Below are positions 1 to 6,091 of a stretch of DNA of 43,938 nt, one piece after another (positions within the stretch are counted from its first letter, which is position 1; the number at the start of each line of letters is the position of its first letter). This DNA is from Rhodanobacter sp. (GTDB lineage: Bacteria > Pseudomonadota > Gammaproteobacteria > Xanthomonadales > Rhodanobacteraceae), in the NCBI GenBank assembly GCA_049280175.1, contig JBAPPP010000103.1, positions 1 to 43,938 on the forward strand, in the 5' to 3' direction. The position numbers were made by a program, and so were the translations under genes. Below the pieces are notes generated by a model, which did no database searches, was not told the DNA's origin, and worked only from the letters and a program-made list of their open reading frames with translations.

Positions 1-1
1 G

Positions 2-763
2 TCAAAAGTAAATGCGTGGTACGGGTGGGTGCCGGACCGGCCTGACTTTCGCGACAAGCTCTATGCCGCGATTGCCGCGCCACCGAAAAGGTTGCCCCCG
101 AAAGTGGATCTGAGGGCGGGCTGCTCGCCCGTGGAAAACCAGGGGAACCTCGGCAGTTGTACCGCGAACGCGCTCGTGGGAAATCTGGAATTCCTTGAGA
201 AGAAGGTCGGCAAGCAAGCCACCAACCTGAGCCGCTTGTTCATTTACTACAACGAACGTGCGATGGAGGGAACGATCAACGAGGATGCCGGTGCGGCAAT
301 TCGCGATGGCGTCAAATCGCTGGTAAAGCAGGGTGTTTGCGCCGAGAAGGATTGGCCCTACAAGATCGCGAATTTCGCCGACAAGCCGCCTCCGGCCTGC
401 TACAAGCAGGCCACCAGCCGCGAGGTCACTTCATACCATCGTGTGATCGGATTGCAGCAGATGCGGCAATGCCTGGCGGAAGGTTACCCGTTCGTCTTCG
501 GCTTTTCGGTTTATGAGTCTTTTGAATCCGACGCCGTCGCCAGGACCGGCACCATGAATCTGCCCAAGCCGGGAGAAAAGCAGGTGGGAGGGCATGCGAT
601 TTGCGCCGTCGGCTACAACGATGCAACGAAACGATTGCTGATCCGCAACTCCTGGGGTGCGGGCTGGGGCATGAAGGGTTACTTCACGATGCCATACGAC
701 TATGCATCCAACGGCAATCTTGCGGACGATTTCTGGACGCTTCGCGCATTTGAGGACCACTGA
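2..763 (+). CDS. C1A (papain-family, xylellain-like) cysteine peptidase, 5' end probably truncated by the window edge
   Basis: The frame is open from base 2 (SKVNAWYGWVPDRPDFRD), so the listed GTG at 29 is probably internal. Catalytic motifs: QGNLGSCTANA (Gln/Cys), GGHAI (His), RNSWG (Asn). Confidence 0.92.
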   Translation, partial: SKVNAWYGWVPDRPDFRDKLYAAIAAPPKRLPPKVDLRAGCSPVENQGNLGSCTANALVGNLEFLEKKVGKQATNLSRLFIYYNERAMEGTINEDAGAAIRDGVKSLVKQGVCAEKDWPYKIANFADKPPPACYKQATSREVTSYHRVIGLQQMRQCLAEGYPFVFGFSVYESFESDAVARTGTMNLPKPGEKQVGGHAICAVGYNDATKRLLIRNSWGAGWGMKGYFTMPYDYASNGNLADDFWTLRAFEDH

Positions 764-1005
764 GCCTGCACGGCCGTACGCGGTGGTGCTCCTCTCGCTT
801 CTGAAACGACTGAACCGGCAATGTAAATCTGGTCCCTGACGACACAACCATGCAAAGCACGATGACATCAGCAGAGACAAGTCTTCAACGATCGACGCCG
901 GCGTGCGCGCGGCGCATCGGATCGCTGCGGTCGAACAAGCACTACAGCCCATTGCTGCCGAGCCGTCGATGAGATGAGCACGATGACCCGGATTCAAGCG
1001 GAGTG

Positions 1006-1767
1006 ATGAAGATGGATACGTTGCGCAAGGGTGATCAGGGTCCGCAGGTTAACCAGCTGCAACAGTTGCTGGCGCAACGCGGCTATCAGGCTGACGTCAC
1101 AGGCGCGTTCGACACGAAGACCTGGCAGGCGGTGCGTGCGTTCCAGACACAGAACCTTGACCAGCATGGCCAGCCGCTTGTCGTTGACGGCGCGGTGGGT
1201 CCGCTGACGTGGTGGAGCTTGCAAAACCCGAAGCCCAGCATCGTCACGCCTACGGCAGTCGACTACGCCACGATGCCGGCAAACGGTGGTAGCACGATCG
1301 GACGCGCGGCACTCGCGGCGGCGATCGGTGAACTGAAGGCGGGGGCTTGCGAGGTCGGCGGTGACAACTGCGGTCCGTTCGTCAGCAAGTATCTTGCACC
1401 TGCCGGCGTTGCCGAAGGTAACCCATGGTGCGCCAGCTTCGTCAGTTGGTGCTTCCTGCAGGCGAGCGGCGGCAACAAGTCGGCCATGCCGTTTGCATAT
1501 GTACCGGGTGCGCGCGACATGCTGGCGGAGTTCAAGCAGAAGGGTTGGTCGTCCGCACCGGGCAGCGGCTATGTGCCGCAACCGGGCGACATCGTGGTGT
1601 GGTGGAGGGTGAGCCTGCAGGGCTGGCTGGGCCATGTCGGCCTGGTGCATTCCGTGCAGGACGGCATGCTCTACACGATCGAGGGAAATCGCAGTCCGAG
1701 CGTTCAGGGCTTCTCCTATGTGCTGAGCCGCATGAACCAACTGCTCGGTTTTGGGCACGTGCCATGA
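1006..1767 (+). CDS. Peptidoglycan-binding domain + CHAP amidase/endopeptidase (endolysin-like)
   Basis: N-terminal PG_binding_1 pattern (LRKGDQGPQVNQLQQLL...AVRAFQ...LVVDGAVGPLTW). C-terminal CHAP motifs PWCASFVSWC, PQPGDIV, GHVGLV, TIEGN. GGAG precedes GTG1003/ATG1006. No signal peptide visible. Confidence 0.88.
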   Translation: MKMDTLRKGDQGPQVNQLQQLLAQRGYQADVTGAFDTKTWQAVRAFQTQNLDQHGQPLVVDGAVGPLTWWSLQNPKPSIVTPTAVDYATMPANGGSTIGRAALAAAIGELKAGACEVGGDNCGPFVSKYLAPAGVAEGNPWCASFVSWCFLQASGGNKSAMPFAYVPGARDMLAEFKQKGWSSAPGSGYVPQPGDIVVWWRVSLQGWLGHVGLVHSVQDGMLYTIEGNRSPSVQGFSYVLSRMNQLLGFGHVP

Positions 1768-2771
1768 GCGGATTCGCACAAAGACGGCCCTCTCCTTCGC
1801 GGGCCTTGCCAGCGTCACCGCCAGCGATCGCGTTGAAGCGAAAGTGCGGCTGCGGTGCGCATGGTGCGAGCTGTCCCAAGTGCCGTGAGCAAACTCGCGC
1901 GGCGATACCTATGGCCGCATCGCAACGGGCCAGCTTCATGGTCGACAACGACGGCGGCGTTCGGGCCATGTCCGCACCCGTAGCACAGGACTTCGCGCGT
2001 CTTCCGGTCAACGGCGTGCGCGACAATCTTGATGGCAACGATGATGATGAAGGCCTGGAGTCGGTCAACGCGCCGCCGCAGGGTGGCCAGGGCTCGGGCA
2101 CCGCACCGCCACCCGCGCCGCGGCCTACCGGCACCCACGTCGATGCCACCACGGACTTCACCGCAGACGCCTTGAAAGCGGGTTTTCTTTCCGGCATGGG
2201 CATCATCGCGCGCATGCAGGTGCTGCCCAACAGCACAGCGTGGGACGGCAAAGAAGTAGTGGAGTCACTCTCGCAAACCTCGTCCACTTGTCCCGATACC
2301 TTGACCAGGCCTGGTCCGTGCAACGGTCATTCGCATTTCCCCATCGGTGCGCAGATGCGCGGTCGCGGCGTGCGCCCCGTGCAACCGGCGCTGTCCAGTC
2401 ATTTCTATGACGTGCACACCTCGGAGTCCCTGAATGTGAGCTTCCTGCACGATGCAACGCGCAACCCGAAGAACCTCAGCGCGTGCCAGACGGTGTGCCG
2501 GCAGGACTACGCTTTCGATGGCGTGGTGATTGGTTCGCACAGCATTACCCGGCAATTTCGCAAGGGTACGTTTGGCGGACATGACGTCACCATCGTCGAC
2601 GTCACCAAGGCCGACGTCGCAGCCACGACCACTGGCGCCACTACGCCGACTGTTGGGCAGGGCAGCGGCAGCGGACCTGGAAGTGGAAGCGGAAGTGGAA
2701 GTGGGAGCGGAAGCGGAAGCGGAAGCGGAAGTGGCAGCGGATCGGCAACCCCCGGAGCAAAGAAGCCATGA
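1764..2771 (+). CDS. Hypothetical eCIS-associated protein (335 aa) with RKCxCG..CxxC leader, unknown Cys-containing domain and Gly-Ser tail
   Basis: ATG at 1764 overlaps the CHAP stop (ATGA) and its own stop overlaps the next ATG. The ORF-track start at 1425 lies inside the CHAP gene and is rejected. Confidence 0.8.
   Translation: MSGFAQRRPSPSRALPASPPAIALKRKCGCGAHGASCPKCREQTRAAIPMAASQRASFMVDNDGGVRAMSAPVAQDFARLPVNGVRDNLDGNDDDEGLESVNAPPQGGQGSGTAPPPAPRPTGTHVDATTDFTADALKAGFLSGMGIIARMQVLPNSTAWDGKEVVESLSQTSSTCPDTLTRPGPCNGHSHFPIGAQMRGRGVRPVQPALSSHFYDVHTSESLNVSFLHDATRNPKNLSACQTVCRQDYAFDGVVIGSHSITRQFRKGTFGGHDVTIVDVTKADVAATTTGATTPTVGQGSGSGPGSGSGSGSGSGSGSGSGSGSGSATPGAKKP
2679..2744 (+). repeat. Hexamer tandem repeat, mostly GGAAGY, 11 units, encoding (Gly-Ser)11
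   Basis: ggaagt ggaagc ggaagt ggaagt gggagc ggaagc ggaagc ggaagc ggaagt ggcagc ggatcg, read directly. Confidence 0.95.
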
Positions 2772-3427
2772 GCAGTTTCCCCGGCTCGCCGCGCATTCTC
2801 AAAGCCGGTCTCGTGCTGATCGACCCGGATAGTGCCGCCGTGCTGCGCGTGATCGCGCTGCAATACAACCCCGATTCGCTCACGCGCTCGCTGGCGGTGC
2901 AGGCGATCAGTGCGGATGGAGGCGATCGTTCCGAAGTGCTGCGTCTGAAAGGGCCGCCGGTGGAGACGATCAAGCTGGAAGCGGAAATCGATGCGACAGA
3001 CCAGCTGGAGTTTCCGGACCAGAACACGGTGACGACGCAGTCGGGCATCTTCGCCCAGCTCGCCACGCTGGAGACCATGATCTATCCCACCAGCGCGCAG
3101 TTAAATACGAACGACGCGCTTGCGCAGATCGGCACGCTGGAAATCATCCCGATGGAAACGCCGCTGGCGCTGTTCGTGTGGAGTCAGACACGCATCCTGC
3201 CGGTGCGCGTGACCGAGCTGAGCATCACCGAGGAGGCGTTCGATACCTCGCTCAATCCCATTCGCGCCAAGGTGAGCCTGGGGCTGCGCGTGTTGTCGGT
3301 CAATGACGTGCCGACCGGCCACAAGGCGGCCAGTCTGTTCATGAGTTATTTGCAGCAGAAGGAACGGCTCGCCGGTGCCAGTCCGGTGGTGCCGTTGTCC
3401 GCGCTGGGCATTACCGGAGTGCCGTGA
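2768..3427 (+). CDS. CIS tube-initiator-like protein (Afp7/Pvc7 N-terminal-type)
   Basis: IALQYNPDSLTRSL, LFVWS, SITEEAFDTSLNPIRAKVSLGLRVL pattern, and position directly upstream of the LysM and hub genes. Confidence 0.75.
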   Translation: MSSFPGSPRILKAGLVLIDPDSAAVLRVIALQYNPDSLTRSLAVQAISADGGDRSEVLRLKGPPVETIKLEAEIDATDQLEFPDQNTVTTQSGIFAQLATLETMIYPTSAQLNTNDALAQIGTLEIIPMETPLALFVWSQTRILPVRVTELSITEEAFDTSLNPIRAKVSLGLRVLSVNDVPTGHKAASLFMSYLQQKERLAGASPVVPLSALGITGVP

Positions 3428-3747
3428 TGACTGCCAACTTTCCTGCTACCAGTCGCTATGCCTTGACCCCGACAGGCACCTTCGTGCGCGCCGACGGCAC
3501 GCCAGTTACCTACCTGTGTCGTCGCTTCGTGCCCGCACCGGAGAGCTTCGCGCTGTTGCAGTGGCACCGCGTGGTGCAGAACGAGCGGCTGGATAATATC
3601 GCCGCGCAATATCTCGGTGACCCCGAACAGTTCTGGCGATTGTGCGATGCCAATCGCGCGCTATGTCCGGACGAACTCACCGCGACGATCGGGCGCAAGC
3701 TGGCGATCACCTTGCCCGAAGGTATTCCGGGGGTGCCCCATGCTTAA
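3424..3747 (+). CDS. LysM-like baseplate protein (P2 gpX / T4 gp53-type)
   Basis: HRVVQNERLDNIAAQYLGDPEQFWRLCDAN LysM-like signature. Start is GTG3424 or ATG3427. Confidence 0.8.
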   Translation: MMTANFPATSRYALTPTGTFVRADGTPVTYLCRRFVPAPESFALLQWHRVVQNERLDNIAAQYLGDPEQFWRLCDANRALCPDELTATIGRKLAITLPEGIPGVPHA

Positions 3748-4876
3748 AGGCGTGCACCTGACCTTGCTGGTCGGACCTGTGGTGCCGGTGCCGGTGCCGC
3801 AAGTGGTGCTTGATGCCTTGACCCAGATCGAGGTGGTGACGCCGGATGAAGCAGCGGGTGCGTTCACGCTCAGCTTCACGCTGAGTGTTCAATCGCCGCT
3901 GCAAACCTTGTTCCTTCTGAGTGGCGGCAGCGTTGTGCCGCTGTTGCGGGTGATCGTGGTAGTGACGGTGAACGGCACACCACAAGTACTGATCGATGGC
4001 GTGGTGACCAAGACGGAAATCACCCCGGGCGCGGATCAACGTCATACCAACCTGCAGGTGACCGGCGACGATCTCACCGCGGTGATGCAGAAGCTTGAAT
4101 TCTCCGGCTTGCCTGGTCTGCCGTATCCGGCGATGCCGGCAGAAGCCATCGTCGCGCTGCTGGTGGCGAAGTACGCCTTCCTCGGCATTGTGCCGCTGGT
4201 GATACCGAGCATCGCGATCGACGTGCCGATTCCCACCGATCGCATTCCCACGCAGCAGGGCAGCGATCTCGAGTATGTGCGCACGCTGGCCGAGCGCGTG
4301 GGCTATGTGTTCTATCTGGACCCCGGTCCCGCACCGGGCATGAGCACCGCTTACTGGGGGCCGAAGATCAAGGTGGGCGTGCCGCAGCCTGCGCTCAACG
4401 CCGACATGGATGCGGCCAGCAACGTCGACAGCCTCAGCTTCAGCTACGACGGGAATGCGCGCAGCCTGCCGATCGTCTACATCCAGAACGAGCAAACCAA
4501 GATACCGCTGGCGATACCGATACCGGATATCAGCCCGCTCAATCCACAACTCGGCCTGATCGATCCACCGCCGCAGAAATTCCGCGTGCTGCCGGAGACG
4601 GCGAAGTACACGCCGATTCGCGCCATGTTGCTTGGCATGGCCGAGGCATCGAAATCTGCTGACACTGTTACCGGCAAGGGCACGCTTGATGTCACACGTT
4701 ACGGCAGGGTGCTGAAGGCACGGCAGCTGGTGGGTGTGCGCGGCGTCGGCCCTGCGTTCGACGGTCTGCACTACGTGAGCGAGGTGCGCCACACCATCAA
4801 GCGCGGCGAGTACAAGCAGAGCTTCAATCTCTCGCGCAAAGGTCTCATTTCCGCCGTGCCGGTGGTGCCGCCATGA
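3740..4876 (+). CDS. Baseplate hub protein (gp27/P2 gpD-like; N-terminal half of a split VgrG)
   Basis: ATG3740 overlaps the LysM gene end. Motifs QQGSDLEYVRTLAERVGYVFY and VGVRGVGPAFDGLHYVSEVRHTI...YKQSFNLSR are typical of late-control D proteins. Confidence 0.82.
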   Translation: MLKGVHLTLLVGPVVPVPVPQVVLDALTQIEVVTPDEAAGAFTLSFTLSVQSPLQTLFLLSGGSVVPLLRVIVVVTVNGTPQVLIDGVVTKTEITPGADQRHTNLQVTGDDLTAVMQKLEFSGLPGLPYPAMPAEAIVALLVAKYAFLGIVPLVIPSIAIDVPIPTDRIPTQQGSDLEYVRTLAERVGYVFYLDPGPAPGMSTAYWGPKIKVGVPQPALNADMDAASNVDSLSFSYDGNARSLPIVYIQNEQTKIPLAIPIPDISPLNPQLGLIDPPPQKFRVLPETAKYTPIRAMLLGMAEASKSADTVTGKGTLDVTRYGRVLKARQLVGVRGVGPAFDGLHYVSEVRHTIKRGEYKQSFNLSRKGLISAVPVVPP

Positions 4877-5379
4877 GCAAGTTCTACGGCAAATATCGCG
4901 GCACGGTCACCGAGAATGTGGACCCCATGCAGCTCGGTCGCATTCAGGCGATGGTGCCGGACGTATCGGGCCTGCTGCCATCGAGCTGGGCGATGCCATG
5001 CGTGCCCGTGGCAGGCAAGTTGAGCGGTGTGTATGTGGTGCCGCAGATCGGCGCTGGGGTGTGGATCGAGTTCGAGCAGGGTGATCCGGATTATCCGATC
5101 TGGACCGGCGGCTTCTGGGGCGTCGTCGCCGAAGTGCCCGCGCTGGCGTTGCTCGGCGATCCGGCCAGCCCGAGCATCGTGTTGCAGACGGTTTTGCAAA
5201 ATACCGTGGTCATCAGCGACGTGGCCGGACCCACTGGCGGCATCATGCTGAAGAGCACCACCGGCGCGATGATCGTCGTCAACGACATCGGCATCACCAT
5301 CTCCAATGGCCAGGGCGCCACCATCGTGCTCGCGGGCCCGACGGTGACCATCAACGACGGCGCACTGGTGGTGACCTAG
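4873..5379 (+). CDS. Spike protein with gp5-type OB fold and short beta-repeat (baseplate assembly V-like)
   Basis: FYGKYRGTVTENVDPMQLGRIQAMVP, WAMPCVP, VPQIGAGVWIEFEQGDPDYPIWTG, followed by short V/I/T/G-rich strands. Confidence 0.9.
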   Translation: MSKFYGKYRGTVTENVDPMQLGRIQAMVPDVSGLLPSSWAMPCVPVAGKLSGVYVVPQIGAGVWIEFEQGDPDYPIWTGGFWGVVAEVPALALLGDPASPSIVLQTVLQNTVVISDVAGPTGGIMLKSTTGAMIVVNDIGITISNGQGATIVLAGPTVTINDGALVVT

Positions 5380-5385
5380 GAGACG

Positions 5386-5712
5386 ATGATGCCTGGCTTC
5401 ATTATCCATGTAGGTGCCAGCGTGCTCTGCGCACATGCCGGCCAGGCGCAGGCCACGATGCCTAATCCACAGGTCACTGTGAGCGGCCAGCCCACCGTCG
5501 CGATGTCGGCGCCATGGCTGATCGCCGGCTGCGCGCTGCCGCCGCCGATCGCCGCGAATGGACCGTGTGTAAGCGCGCAATTCGTCACCGCCGCCACGCG
5601 GGTGACCTCGAATGGACAACCCTTGCTGCTGTTCGACAGTCAGGCGATCTGCGTGCCCACCGGCACGCCATTGCTGATCGTCGCCAGCCAGACCCGCGTC
5701 ACTGCGATGTGA
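5386..5712 (+). CDS. PAAR-like (DUF4280-type) spike tip protein
   Basis: 108 aa. GASVLCAH, AGC, GPC, RVTSNGQPLLL..S.AIC pattern with 4 Cys + His. Lies between the spike and gp25 genes; AGGAG RBS. Confidence 0.75.
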   Translation: MMPGFIIHVGASVLCAHAGQAQATMPNPQVTVSGQPTVAMSAPWLIAGCALPPPIAANGPCVSAQFVTAATRVTSNGQPLLLFDSQAICVPTGTPLLIVASQTRVTAM

Positions 5713-5716
5713 GGAC

Positions 5717-6091
5717 GTGATGATTACCGCGATCAACATCGACTTCCCGTTCGCGTTCGACCAGCACGGCCGCACCGCGACTACCGACGACGACGACCAT
5801 GTGCGCGACATGATCGAGCAGTTGCTGTTCACCAGCCCAGGCGAGCGGGTGAACCGTCCGGACTTCGGCAGCGGCCTGCTGCAGATGGTGTTTGCAGCGA
5901 ACAGTCCGGAGCTGGCCGCCGCATTGCAGTTCACCATGCAGGCATCGCTGCAGCGCTACCTGGCTGATGTGATCAGCATCGGCACGCTGGAGGTCACCGC
6001 CGATGACTCCACTCTGCAGGTGGATCTCAGTTACGTCGTACTCGCGACCGGTGATGCCCGCAGCGATACCTTTACGCGGAGTGCGTCATGA
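5717..6091 (+). CDS. GPW/gp25 family baseplate wedge (sheath initiator) protein
   Basis: IEQLLFTSPGERVNRPDFGSGL gp25 signature. Start is GTG5717 or ATG5720. Confidence 0.92.
   Translation: MMITAINIDFPFAFDQHGRTATTDDDDHVRDMIEQLLFTSPGERVNRPDFGSGLLQMVFAANSPELAAALQFTMQASLQRYLADVISIGTLEVTADDSTLQVDLSYVVLATGDARSDTFTRSAS

Noticed and set aside
764..1002. Possible small ORF or holin between the protease and CHAP genes (40-aa ORF from ATG850)
   Set aside because: Hydrophilic, no TM segment, no clear RBS.
1425..1763. ORF-track N-terminal extensions (starts at 1425, 3617, 14028, 16129, 31061, 35226, 38357)
   Set aside because: They overlap upstream genes or lack an RBS; downstream ATGs with RBS or stop/start coupling and family-typical N-termini are better.
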